A stretch of 64,000 nt of DNA, taken from the NCBI GenBank assembly GCA_012842045.1, contig DUTP01000003.1, positions 2,532 to 66,531 of the forward strand. Direction: 5' to 3'. This document shows, piece by piece, positions 38,980 through 50,000 of this stretch. The notes beneath the pieces were generated by a model. It was given only the letters and a program-made list of their open reading frames with translations. It made no database searches and was not told the DNA's origin. Position 1 is the stretch's first letter; every line of letters begins with the position of its first letter. The stretch comes from Candidatus Dojkabacteria bacterium. Lineage in GTDB: Bacteria; Patescibacteriota; Dojkabacteria; SC72. A program made the position numbers and the translations under genes.

Positions 38980-39168
38980 ATGATAGGGTATGAGTTTGTT
39001 GATGTATTCTTTTACCTTTTTAGAATGGCAGGAAGAACAGGTATTGATATGGATAAATGTTTTCAAGAGAAATACAAGAAATTAGAAGAGAAATATTACA
39101 TAGGATCAGATCCAACAGCTCAACATGAGAAGTATAGGAAAGAGGGGAAGAATAAATTGTATGAATAA
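38980..39168 (+). pseudogene. C-terminal fragment of MazG-like nucleotide pyrophosphatase
   Basis: IG.E..DV.FYL...A...GID....F.EK......KY pattern, N-terminal half missing. Confidence 0.5.
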
Positions 39169-39204
39169 TTGTTAAAGCCAACCCTTTCTATGATATAATC
39201 AACC

Positions 39205-39425
39205 AACACATTGACCCAGCTATCACTGGTGAGTGAGGAAAGAAAGATATATTAATAAATATATTTAGTAGAATCCTAAACCTATACCAGGTTCTAAGAG
39301 AATATTAGAAATAGTATTCTAAAATAGGGTGGTACCGCGATACATTCGCCCCTTGTAGATATTAAAAGATATACAACTCTAAAACATATTGTATAACTCT
39401 TTTAGTAAATACAAGGGGTTTTTTG
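39205..39425 (+). promoter_or_regulatory. T-box riboswitch leader of ileS with intrinsic terminator (5' boundary approximate)
   Basis: T-box GGGTGGTACCGCG (39327-39339) pairing with TTCGCCCC; alternative terminator CCCCTTGTA...TACAAGGGG followed by T-run. Confidence 0.85.
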
Positions 39426-39472
39426 TTAGTATATATTTTAGAAAATAAAAAATAAATTAAATAAAAGATTGT

Positions 39473-42364
39473 ATGAGTAAAAACCTTAAACCAGTAAAAC
39501 CAAACCAAGACTTTGTACAGATGGAAAAAGACATTATGAAGTTCTGGGAAGATAATGATATTGAAAAGAAATATGTTGAAAGAAATAGAGGTGCAGAAAA
39601 ACATTTCTCCTTCATAGATGGACCAATTACTGCAAACAATCCAATGGGAGTACATCATGCATGGGGAAGAACATACAAAGATATTGTACAGAGATTTAAG
39701 AACATGCAAGGGTTTGAGCAAAGGTTTCAAAATGGTTTTGATTGTCAAGGGCTCTGGGTTGAGGTAGGTGTGGAGAGAGAGTTAGGTTTTAACAGTAAGA
39801 AGGATATTCAGGATTACGGTCTAGACAACTTCACAAACCAATGTATGGCTAGGGTAAACAAATTTTCTGGTATTCAAACAGAACAATCTAAGAGATTAGG
39901 AATGTTCATGGATTGGGAGAACAGCTACTATACAATGTCTAAGACAAATAACTTGTATATTTGGAAATTTCTTCAACTCTGTCATGAGAAGGGACTTTTG
40001 TACAAAGATAGGTCAGCAACAACATGGTGTCCAAGATGTGAGACGGGTCTCTCACAACATGAACAAGCTGATGGATACAAAGAGATAGCAGATAAATCGG
40101 TGTATGTATTCTTTAAGTTAAAAAATAATGATAAAAAAGAGGAATATGTCTTAGCATGGACAACAACACCATGGACTCTCTCATCTAATGTCCTTTTGGC
40201 TGTAAATCCAGAATTAGGATATGTAAAGACAGAGATTGATGGTAAGACAGTATATTTAGGTGCAGATAGTGCTAAACGATTAGGTTTGAATGATGTTGAA
40301 GAGATAGATATTAAGGATTTAATTGGTAAAGAGTATGAATCTCTACTTGATATTCCTGCACAGAAGGGTATTAAGCATAGCATTGTTGAGTGGGATTTAG
40401 TTGATTCAAAGACAGGGTCAGGTGTTGTACATATTGCACCGGGTTGTGGTCAGGAAGACTTTGAATTAGGACAAGAGTTAGGTGCAGATATAATCTCTCC
40501 TCTTGATTCCACAGGTCATTTTACAGAAGGTTTTGGATTCTTAGATGGTAAATATGCACATGATGTAGCAGATGAGGTAATTGAGGATCTAAAGAAACAA
40601 GGTCTTTTGTACAAAACAGAGGACTTTACTCACAGCTATCCTCACTGTTGGAGATGTAATACAAAGTGTTTGTTTAAGTTAGAAGATAACTGGTTCATTG
40701 ATGTACTAAAGATTAAAGATGAACTTAAGGAGGCAGCAAAAGATGTTAAATGGTTACCAGACTATGCAGGTAAGAGAATGCAAGGTTGGTTAGATAGTAT
40801 GGGGAATTGGATGATTAGTAGAAAAAGATTCTACGGTTTAGCCCTTCCTTTCTATGAATGTGAAAAGTGTGGTCATCTTCATGTAGTAGGTAGTTTGGAG
40901 GAATTAAAGGAGTTAGCAGTAAAGCCAGAGTTAGTAGAGAAACTTCATGATGTTCATAGACCTTGGATTGATGAAATTGAGATTAAATGTCCTAAGTGTG
41001 GTGAGAGTGTAAAGAGAGTAACAGATGTAGGAGACTGTTGGCTTGATGCAGGAGTAGTACCTTTCTCTACACTTGCATATCTTGATGACAAGAAATATTG
41101 GGAGAAATGGTTCCCAGCAGAATTAGTAATTGAGATGATAGAGCAGATTAGGTTGTGGTTCTACTCAATGCTTGTGTTTGGTGTTGTGTTTGAAAAGAAA
41201 GCACCATACAAAGAAGTAATGTGTTTTGCAGAGGTTAGAGATGAGAAGAATGAGAAGATGAGTAAGACTAAACCTAACTATGTAAAGTTTGATGATGCTG
41301 CAGACAAGATGGGTTCTGATATTTTAAGATGGAACTATGCTACAGCATCTATCGGTTCGAATATGAGGTTTGGATGGGGAACTTTGGAAGAAGTGAGGAG
41401 AAGATTCTACATTCAGCTTTGGAATTCATACAACTACTTTGTTACATATGCTAAGTTACATGATTGGGATTGGAAGAAATATGATGTCAAGAAACTAACA
41501 CATTTGATGGATAAATGGATGGTAGCTAAAACAAATGATTTAGTATTTAAGGTTAACAAGTGTTTAGATGAATACAATATGGCTACTGCATCAAGAGATA
41601 TTGAGGAGTATTGTAAAGATCTCTCACAATGGTATATCAGAAGGTCAAGGAACAGATTTAAGAGTGGAGATAGTGATGCCATTGGTACACTTCACTACAG
41701 TCTAGTCACTCTTTCTAAACTTCTAGCTCCATTTACACCATTCATAGCAGAGGAGATGTATCAGAATCTTGTTGTGAATATTGGTTTGAAGAGTGTAGAG
41801 TCTGTACATTTAGAGGATTATCCAACAGTTGATGAAGATGAGATTGATTCTAAGATACTTGAGAATATGCAAAGAGTTAGAGATATTGCGTCAAATGGTT
41901 TGAAGGTGAGAGAGAATGTTAGATTAAATCTAAGACAACCTCTCTCTAAAGCTTTTGTGAATATTAAAGATGAGGAATTAAGAAAGATTGTTAAAGAAGA
42001 GATTAATGTTAAGGAGATATTCTTCTCAGAGAAAGCTGAGAAAGGAGAAGGAATGAACACAGAAGGTGAGGGTAGTGATTTTGTTACAATTGATTGTAAT
42101 TTGACAGATGAATTAAAGAATGAGGCTTTTGTTAATGAATTTATGAGAAGATACAAGGATTTAAGAAAGAAGAAAGGTTTAAAGGTTGATGATATGGTAA
42201 CTCTTCATATTAAGATAGAGGAGAAGGATACAAAGAATCTTATCCAAAAGTATGTTGATGAGAACTTGCCAGAGTTCCATGCAAAGAGTGTTGAGATGAA
42301 TAATGTAACAACAGATGAAGAGATAGAGGTGATGGGTGTGAAGATAGGGGTAGGGATGAGTTAA
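39473..42364 (+). CDS. ileS: Isoleucyl-tRNA synthetase, type 2
   Basis: DGPITAN, GVHH in place of HIGH, WTTTPWTL, GSGVVHIAPG, W.ISR.R, KMSKT. Confidence 0.95.
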   Translation: MSKNLKPVKPNQDFVQMEKDIMKFWEDNDIEKKYVERNRGAEKHFSFIDGPITANNPMGVHHAWGRTYKDIVQRFKNMQGFEQRFQNGFDCQGLWVEVGVERELGFNSKKDIQDYGLDNFTNQCMARVNKFSGIQTEQSKRLGMFMDWENSYYTMSKTNNLYIWKFLQLCHEKGLLYKDRSATTWCPRCETGLSQHEQADGYKEIADKSVYVFFKLKNNDKKEEYVLAWTTTPWTLSSNVLLAVNPELGYVKTEIDGKTVYLGADSAKRLGLNDVEEIDIKDLIGKEYESLLDIPAQKGIKHSIVEWDLVDSKTGSGVVHIAPGCGQEDFELGQELGADIISPLDSTGHFTEGFGFLDGKYAHDVADEVIEDLKKQGLLYKTEDFTHSYPHCWRCNTKCLFKLEDNWFIDVLKIKDELKEAAKDVKWLPDYAGKRMQGWLDSMGNWMISRKRFYGLALPFYECEKCGHLHVVGSLEELKELAVKPELVEKLHDVHRPWIDEIEIKCPKCGESVKRVTDVGDCWLDAGVVPFSTLAYLDDKKYWEKWFPAELVIEMIEQIRLWFYSMLVFGVVFEKKAPYKEVMCFAEVRDEKNEKMSKTKPNYVKFDDAADKMGSDILRWNYATASIGSNMRFGWGTLEEVRRRFYIQLWNSYNYFVTYAKLHDWDWKKYDVKKLTHLMDKWMVAKTNDLVFKVNKCLDEYNMATASRDIEEYCKDLSQWYIRRSRNRFKSGDSDAIGTLHYSLVTLSKLLAPFTPFIAEEMYQNLVVNIGLKSVESVHLEDYPTVDEDEIDSKILENMQRVRDIASNGLKVRENVRLNLRQPLSKAFVNIKDEELRKIVKEEINVKEIFFSEKAEKGEGMNTEGEGSDFVTIDCNLTDELKNEAFVNEFMRRYKDLRKKKGLKVDDMVTLHIKIEEKDTKNLIQKYVDENLPEFHAKSVEMNNVTTDEEIEVMGVKIGVGMS

Positions 42365-42437
42365 AAAGATATTCTGCGGGTATATCGGAAGTTGAGATGT
42401 ATATTATGATATACCCACAGGCTCAAAAAGATTGATG

Positions 42438-42815
42438 TTAACAACTTTTATATATACGACTTATTGCTGGTATATAGAATATAACAGTTTGTAAGATGCC
42501 TATAATGGCAGATATGCGGATATAGGAACAACAAGATAGAGCGGCAAGAAGACTAAGACCACAATTTATTCCCATGGCCATAAAACTACCTAAAGTTTCT
42601 AAAGGATGTGCATCAACAAGGACTGAGTCTTCAATGAGAAAAAATATGAGTGACACAAATATCATTGTCACATTTCCTATAATTGGGTGTGTTAGTGTTA
42701 TTCCGGAAAGTTTGTATTGTTCATGATTTATATAACAATTTACAAATCCGGCGACAATACCTAGGCAAAATATTGTCAAAATAAAAACATAAGAGAATTT
42801 CTTATCTTTCTCCAT
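42438..42815 (-). CDS. Hypothetical four-TM membrane protein
   Basis: Start likely MEKDK after GGAGG. Confidence 0.55.
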   Translation of the reverse strand: MEKDKKFSYVFILTIFCLGIVAGFVNCYINHEQYKLSGITLTHPIIGNVTMIFVSLIFFLIEDSVLVDAHPLETLGSFMAMGINCGLSLLAALSCCSYIRISAIIGILQTVIFYIPAISRIYKSC

Positions 42816-42934
42816 TTTTCCTCCTTCTGTTAATAACAAACTCATCAATCTTTTGTAAAAGAGCATCATATTATACCATACTATAGGTCTAAGGCGCTAA
42901 TTTGTTTTCGAAAAATGAGATAAATAAGTAGAAC

Positions 42935-43459
42935 CTAATCCTTAACAACCTCTGTTTCAATACCAGTAATCTTTGTAAACTCTTGTGTAGCTTTCTCTAA
43001 GGTAGTACCACTCGCTACTGCTAATTCTCCTACAATATTCTTAATAGCAGATTCTAATTGTTTCTCAATACTAATAGGGATTAATCTACCTTCTTTCTCT
43101 CGATGTTTTTTAACAAAGTTACAAAACTGCAATATCTTTATAGTATCCTCTATATTTGCACTCTCTTCCAATTCTTTAAAGGTACTCAACATCATATTAA
43201 AATCTTTCACTTTTGGATCAACAGTAGGAGTCTTTTTTAATACTTTAATCTTCTCTTTTATCTCTTTAGCTGGTAAAACTGGTCTAATCCCCAATTTCTC
43301 GATATTCTCTACGGGAGTAGAGATACTAAGAAGGCTAGTAATTAATTCAAATTCAAAATACTTCTTTTTTTCTCCACCAAACTCAATCTCTTTCTCATTT
43401 CTAATCCAACCTGCACCATGTAATGGGTAAAAAACTTTTGAACCAACTTTCAAATTCAT
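42935..43459 (-). CDS. carD: CarD-family transcription factor
   Basis: KVG.KVFYP.HG.G.I, GIRP. Confidence 0.85.
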   Translation of the reverse strand: MNLKVGSKVFYPLHGAGWIRNEKEIEFGGEKKKYFEFELITSLLSISTPVENIEKLGIRPVLPAKEIKEKIKVLKKTPTVDPKVKDFNMMLSTFKELEESANIEDTIKILQFCNFVKKHREKEGRLIPISIEKQLESAIKNIVGELAVASGTTLEKATQEFTKITGIETEVVKD

Positions 43460-43516
43460 AAAGGAAGTTTAATATATTAATTGTTACATTATACCATAGA
43501 AATGATATACTTTGGT

Positions 43517-44551
43517 ATGAATATTCTTTTGATTGGAGGCGGTACGGGAAGTACCGTTGTTTTAGAAGGGTTAAAGAAGAGAAGGGATCTCAAACTTTCT
43601 GTCATAGTGGGTATGATGGATGATGGAGGAAGCAATGCAGTTATGAGAGATGAGTTTGGTTTACTACCTCTTAGTGATGTGAGGAAGTCACTTCTTGCAT
43701 TGTATGATAGTGGGAATAATGAGGTTTTGAGAAAGTTGTTTCTTTATAGATTTGCATCTGGAGAGGGTATTAAGGGACATACTTTAGGAAATCTTCTAAT
43801 GGTTGCAATGACAGATATTCTTGGTAGTGAGATGGAAGCTATTGAGATGTTTAAAACAATGTTTGGAATTACAGGAGAGATTATTCCTGTAACTTTGGAT
43901 GATGTTAGATTGGTAGCAAAGTATCCTGATGGGAGTGTAATAGAAGGGGAGCATCTTATTGATGAACCTGAGAGTGATATGAATGTGTCCTCGATTACTT
44001 TAAAACCTAGTGCAAAAGCTACGAAACAAGCACTAGATGCTATTAAAAAAGCAGACTATATTCTTTTTGGTCCTGGTGATCTTTATACAACAACTCTACC
44101 TAATTTAGTTGTGAAGGGTATTAAAGAGGAATTAATTAGATCTAAGGCAAAACTTATATACATATCAAATCTAATTAGTAAGAAAGGACAAACTAGGAAA
44201 AGATCCCATTCTCAGTGTGTTGATATTATTACTGAGTATATAGGGAGGGATTTAGATTATGTATTAATTAATAATGGTAAGATTCCACAGACAGCATACA
44301 GAAGATATGTTAAAAAAGGTGAACATATTATGGAAGATGACCTTACTGATGTAAACTTTAGTGGGGAAATAATTAGGGAAGATTTAGTGGCTACAGAACC
44401 CATTAAGAGAGAGAAAGGGGACACTCTAGAAAGAAGTCTTGTTAGGCATGATAGTGATAAGTTGGCAAATGTACTCTATGATATCTTTGTTTCTAAGAAA
44501 GGACCTCTCTTGAAATGGTTGAATAAATTACTGTCATACTACAAGGATTAG
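43517..44551 (+). CDS. yvcK: YvcK/GlmR family UDP-GlcNAc-binding protein
   Basis: IGGGTG, DDGGS, GHTLGNL, GPGDLYT, RHD. Confidence 0.9.
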   Translation: MNILLIGGGTGSTVVLEGLKKRRDLKLSVIVGMMDDGGSNAVMRDEFGLLPLSDVRKSLLALYDSGNNEVLRKLFLYRFASGEGIKGHTLGNLLMVAMTDILGSEMEAIEMFKTMFGITGEIIPVTLDDVRLVAKYPDGSVIEGEHLIDEPESDMNVSSITLKPSAKATKQALDAIKKADYILFGPGDLYTTTLPNLVVKGIKEELIRSKAKLIYISNLISKKGQTRKRSHSQCVDIITEYIGRDLDYVLINNGKIPQTAYRRYVKKGEHIMEDDLTDVNFSGEIIREDLVATEPIKREKGDTLERSLVRHDSDKLANVLYDIFVSKKGPLLKWLNKLLSYYKD

Positions 44552-44553
44552 TT

Positions 44554-45150
44554 TTACATCCCTATTACATTCATAACACCTTGAACTTTCCTGCCCCACG
44601 CTTCTGCATTTGGAGGGCAGTACCATCTAGCCATTAATTGAGGTGTTTTTAAACCTTTAGAATAATATTTAGCAATACCAGCAGATACTTTCCATATTCC
44701 ATCTGTCCAGTTGTTAAAACCTCTTTTACCCCATCCCCAAGCATTGTAGGGTTTAAAGTTCTTTTTCCCTCCACCAGATTCGACTATAGATATGGCAGCT
44801 ACAATTCTGTAATCTATACCGTAATGATCTGCTGCTTTTATAAACTCATGTGCGAACTCTGATAAAGGAGATCTTCTTTTTGCTAGATAATTTCTTACTT
44901 TTACAATTCTTACATCTTCTGCAGGATTAATTTTTTCTTCAGAAGCTACTATTATTTCTTCCATCTCGATAGAATCCATTAAACCCTCTGCATTAAATCG
45001 AGTATATGTAGAACCAGTATTTTCAGTTAAATCTCCATAGAACTTTGAAACAGGTATCCTCTGAGATACTGAAGCAAATATAATCCCTAGGAATATGATA
45101 GCACTAATTACGCTTAGTAACTTTCTGCTTTTTAACCACATGGAACTCAT
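44554..45150 (-). CDS. Membrane-anchored lysozyme-like (glucosaminidase-type) protein
   Basis: ID.RIVAAISIVESGGGK...NAWGWG...YCPP. Confidence 0.65.
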   Translation of the reverse strand: MSSMWLKSRKLLSVISAIIFLGIIFASVSQRIPVSKFYGDLTENTGSTYTRFNAEGLMDSIEMEEIIVASEEKINPAEDVRIVKVRNYLAKRRSPLSEFAHEFIKAADHYGIDYRIVAAISIVESGGGKKNFKPYNAWGWGKRGFNNWTDGIWKVSAGIAKYYSKGLKTPQLMARWYCPPNAEAWGRKVQGVMNVIGM

Positions 45151-45256
45151 TTGTAATAATAAATAATGTTAGGCAGTTCCTACTACTATTATACCATTAT
45201 TCAACCCATAGTTGCAAGGAAGTGTGGAATCCTCCTATTTGTGGTAAGATGCACCT

Positions 45257-47002
45257 ATGATTAATCATGATTTTTCTAGATTAGAACTGAATATAGAAGG
45301 GGGAAAAGAGAAGGGGAGGAGACCTAGGAGAAGAAATTTAGAGATGGGTTCTGTAAAGGTGTTTAGTAAGAGAGTATTACTCTCTTTATTTTTACTTGCT
45401 TCTTTTTTTGTAATAGTTTTTCTGTTTTTTTCAGATAGAGATGCTTTTCTTGCTAGTTCTAGGTATTTATTTAGTTTAAAGAGAAAATCATATATTTATG
45501 ATACTTTTACCATATCTTTTGAGAAAGAAGTACCAGAAGAGTTTAAGAATTTGTTTGTTGATGGTTTGAAAGACATTGAGTTTAACGGGAAGAATAGATT
45601 TGCTTTTAAAGATAAGGGAGGAGATTTTGTTATTTCTTTAGAAGAAGGGGAAGGCAAAGAGGTTGTGTATAGTAAAGATTTTATTCCAGTCGGACACCTC
45701 TATTCATTAACAACAAATATCGGTAAGGAGGATTTAGGAAATAAGAATGTGTATATGTTGGATGGTGATTTAAAGGATTTCTTAGAGAAGCAGTATGGGA
45801 TGTCTGTAAGTGTTTTAGATAGTAGAGAAAAATTAGTTTCGAAGCTTGCTGAGAGTGATAATAATATTGCTTTAGTGAGTTTTGGTACTCTTGGCTATGA
45901 TTTGAAGGTAATACCTTTTGATGGTAAGTACTATTTGGATAATAGGGAAGGAGGTATTGCTCTGAGATTTTACTCTTCTGTAAAAGATGAAGATGCTTTT
46001 ATCTTGCCTGTTATGACTAGACATATTGATTCTTCTGATGGTTCTTTTGATAGTGAGAGGCTGGCTAAAGTTAATATGGGTGGTGTTGTTGCTATTTCAA
46101 GAAATTTAGCTAGGAAGATGATTAATGTTGGAAGTAATACTTATCCAGCAGATGGTATTGGGAAGTTTTTGGCTGATGCAGATCTGACTCATGTTTCTAA
46201 TGAGGCTTCTTTTGTTCCTGGTTGTACTCCTACTGCTAGTATGACTTTTTGTACTAAACCTGAGCATATTGAGGTACTAAAGCTTAGTGGGGTAGATATT
46301 GTAGAGCTTACAGGGAATCATAATAATGATTATGGGAGTAAGTATAGTGCTAGTACTATAAAAACTTACAAGGATTTGGGGTGGAGGTATTTTGGTGGTG
46401 GACTAGATAGTGAGGATGCTAGTAAGATTCTGTATGAGGAAGTTAAGGGTAGTAAGATAGCTTTTCTTGGTTACAATTATTATGATAGTGTGCTTAATAA
46501 TTATGGTCCGTTGGCAGGAAAGGGAAAATCTGGAGCAAATGCATATAGTGAGGAGAAGGTAAAAAAGGATATTGCTGAGGCAAAAAAGAATGCTGATATA
46601 GTTATTGTTAGCTTTCAATTCCAGGAGTGTTATTGTTATCCTGATGGTGATGTTATTTATCCAATTTGTTACAAACCACTTAGTTCTCCTGACCAGAAGG
46701 GTGTTTTTAGAAAAGCTATTGATTTGGGTGCGAATATAGTTGTTGGTACACAGGCTCACCAGCCTCAGACTTATGAGTTGTATAATGATGGTGTTATTTT
46801 CTATGGTTTAGGTAATCTTTTCTTTGATCAGTATATATGGATTGGTACTAGACAGGGACTTGTACTTACGCATTATTTTTATGAGGGAAAGCATATTCAG
46901 ACAAAGGTGGTACCGATATATATGGGTAAGGATTTTAAGGTTAATCTTGCTACTAAAGAACAAGGAGACTTACTATTGAAATTACTTAAAGAAGCGAGGT
47001 AA
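45257..47002 (+). CDS. CapA-family metallophosphatase-fold protein
   Basis: NE, GNHNNDYG, GTQAHQPQ, YGLGNL.FDQ. Confidence 0.85.
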   Translation: MINHDFSRLELNIEGGKEKGRRPRRRNLEMGSVKVFSKRVLLSLFLLASFFVIVFLFFSDRDAFLASSRYLFSLKRKSYIYDTFTISFEKEVPEEFKNLFVDGLKDIEFNGKNRFAFKDKGGDFVISLEEGEGKEVVYSKDFIPVGHLYSLTTNIGKEDLGNKNVYMLDGDLKDFLEKQYGMSVSVLDSREKLVSKLAESDNNIALVSFGTLGYDLKVIPFDGKYYLDNREGGIALRFYSSVKDEDAFILPVMTRHIDSSDGSFDSERLAKVNMGGVVAISRNLARKMINVGSNTYPADGIGKFLADADLTHVSNEASFVPGCTPTASMTFCTKPEHIEVLKLSGVDIVELTGNHNNDYGSKYSASTIKTYKDLGWRYFGGGLDSEDASKILYEEVKGSKIAFLGYNYYDSVLNNYGPLAGKGKSGANAYSEEKVKKDIAEAKKNADIVIVSFQFQECYCYPDGDVIYPICYKPLSSPDQKGVFRKAIDLGANIVVGTQAHQPQTYELYNDGVIFYGLGNLFFDQYIWIGTRQGLVLTHYFYEGKHIQTKVVPIYMGKDFKVNLATKEQGDLLLKLLKEAR

Positions 47003-47003
47003 G

Positions 47004-50000
47004 TTAGTTAATGGAGTTACCTTTTATTCTAATAAAGACACCCTCGCTATTACCTATTTTAATTTCATCCCCAAAAATATTATTTTCATTATCTTTTACT
47101 GTATACAAGAAATGACTCTTTGGCATACTCCATTGTGCGATTTGATGCATTAAGTTAAATTCTTGGTCATTTAATATGTCTTGTGCAGTTTTGTTAGTAT
47201 CTGAAGATAATGTCTTTGATGGTATTAGATGCCAACCACTTCTTAAATCTTCAATCTTAAGAGGAATGGGTATTGCAGCTCCTTTAACTGTGAATTTGAA
47301 GTCTAATCTTGCTTTTGATAGAACTAAGTATGTATTTCCACTGATTAGTGGGAAGTCTGGTCCAAATATTTTGTATAGACCAGTTTCACTATCCTTTTCT
47401 AGTTGTACTATTTTAACCCAGCTTCCATTCTGAAAAAGAGCAACTGTGGTGACCCTGTTATCAGACATGTTTATCAATTCATGTGCTGTTGTCGGGGCAG
47501 AACTCTGCTCTCCAATCACATATACAGGATTGATGAAGTTGTATCCTTCACTTATCTTATACTCTTTTGTGTTAAGGCTACAGTAATCGATTGCTATTTC
47601 TCTTCTTATCTCTCCAGGTATCTCCTTGCAGATGTATGGTTTTAATTTGGATAAAGTCTCATTGTTGTCATTGTAACAACATATGTTTGGAGTCTCTATG
47701 ACTCTTCCATCTGTGGTGCATGTTTTACCTATCTTAACATCTTTGTCCTCTATACCACTTCCTTCTGGATATATGCAAATACAGCCAGATTCGTTTTCAC
47801 AATCCCTATCTTCATCTGTTATATATAATTTTTCCTTACCGTATGTGTTCTTAGGTTCAATACTGCCATCTCTTTTACATACATCCTTATTAGTTACTAC
47901 CGCCCAATCAGGTTCTCTAGATATTTCGTCCCACTGGCATATACAATTGTTTCTATCGTTGCAATGCAGATCATTGTCCAAGGGTATATGAAGTATCGTT
48001 CTGATAATTTGAGGGTCAGGTAATGGTGTACAGGCTTCTCCCTGTTTAACTACCAGTTCTGTATTTGCCTCATCTGAGTACATGCAGATACAACCTTTTT
48101 CATTTTCACATACCATATATCTATCGCCCATTTGAATTTCTTCTTTACCGTATCTGTCAACAGGTACAACATCTCCTGGAGGGATTGCTAAACATACATA
48201 TTTATTTTCAACATCTTTCTGTATTCTTGGATCTACTTCGAGCCAGTAGCATATACATCCTTTTCTGTTGTTACAATGTTGGTCTTCATCTGTAATATAG
48301 AGTATGGTTTTTCCATCTCCTCTGATTATTGTACCATCTTTGCCACAGAAATCTCCCAGCTCTACTCTCTCTGTTCTTTCTGGAGGACCTGGATATATAC
48401 ATATACAACCATTTTCATTTTCGCATATAACATCAGTATCCCCTATAATTATGTCTTCTGGGTCATCTTCACTTTCTTTACATTTCTTCCCACATGGTAC
48501 TTCTTTTAAGTATCCTTTATATTCCTCACCATCTTTACTTCTAAAACACTCACAACCACCACCATCCCAACATGTTTCTCCTATGATAATATCTGCCTTA
48601 CCTGGTGGATCTTCAGAACAGTCCTTGTTTCCACCATCACTCTCACTTGGTGGCCCGAATCGACTCCCAGGACCTCCTGGACCTCCACCACCTTTGGTTG
48701 TACCTTTACACACTTCTTCTGAGCTAAACCATTCCATACCTTCATCATCTAGTTGATGACAACGAGTACGAGTGTTTTTTGTTTCTTCACATCCATCATC
48801 TCCCCAATCTGCTGTTCCCCAACATTTATACCAAGGGCCTCCATCAAGACAGTATTCATTTCTTCTAACTTTGAATGGGCCTACAACTTTTAGACCTCCT
48901 ATTACAACAGTACATTCACAACCAGTTATATGTTGACAAAGATGTTCTTCAGACCAAGGATCCATTTGTGGGTGAATGTATACTGTTTTCTCCTCTAATC
49001 CTTCCTCCGTGTATTCTGATTCTCCACCACTCAGCATTTTATCTAGATTGATGGAAGCATTACTATAATTACATGCGTTATGATCTGCGGGAATTAATGA
49101 ATATCCACTATAATAATCTTGAGAACTGCCTATATTTATATAATTTTCAACACCTTCTGTTGTTTTTTCTGCTCCACCAAATAAATATAAAGGACTAAGT
49201 GGCATTTCACTCTGTGCAGTTATTATAGCGTAATGATAATTAGTCTTAGTCCAGTATTTTAACCCATCAAAAAGGGAGCCATCACATCCTGATTTGTATT
49301 TTGCACCCCACTTAGCGTTTGTTTCTATTTTTTCACCCATTAAACGAACGACGTCATCAGAGATTATATCTCTTCTCTTTTTTTTGTCTGTAACCTCCTC
49401 CATATCTAAGAACTCTTGTTCTGATATTGTTCCACCACAATTTGCATAAAGAGTTCCCATCTTAGCAAGCTTTATGAACCAGTCTAATTGATCTTTAAAA
49501 TTTACATAGAGGTCATCTAATCCCGGATCGACACCAAAATCGTGAGTATTATTTGCATTTATTGCTACGTAATTACTGCCAGCAGTTTCTTGGTACCACA
49601 TTGTCAGAGCAAACCATGGGTTTACACCAGATTCCATACTTGTACAGTAAACATCATTGAAACATATTTCTACATAGTTAGCCTTACTATCTGAGTTCTC
49701 TCTTCCGTAATGTCTATCTGCAATAGCTTTTAACCATCCCCAAGAGTAATAAGATCCTGCATAACTCACTACGAAAGCTTCATTATTTATTTCTATACCA
49801 GTTAAACAGTTTGCAGGAAGTTTAAGTCGTTCACCTGGAGTTTGAGCACTACCATCAGCATAAACTCTTCTAACCAACATACTGTTTAATTTCTCTCTTA
49901 ATATCTCTTTAGTACTAATCTGTGCATACTCCTGTTTTGTATACTTTTTCCCCTGAGAGTCAAACGCATATGATCCAACATACCAAGAGTTAATCATAAT

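Noticed and set aside
29557-47002. Possible poly-gamma-glutamate link between the amidohydrolase-like gene and capA
   Set aside because: The genes are 15 kb apart, no capB/capC is present, and both family calls are too general
47600-49000. Cys-repeat region considered as a DGR template/variable repeat pair
   Set aside because: No reverse transcriptase in the window, and repeat differences are not adenine-specific
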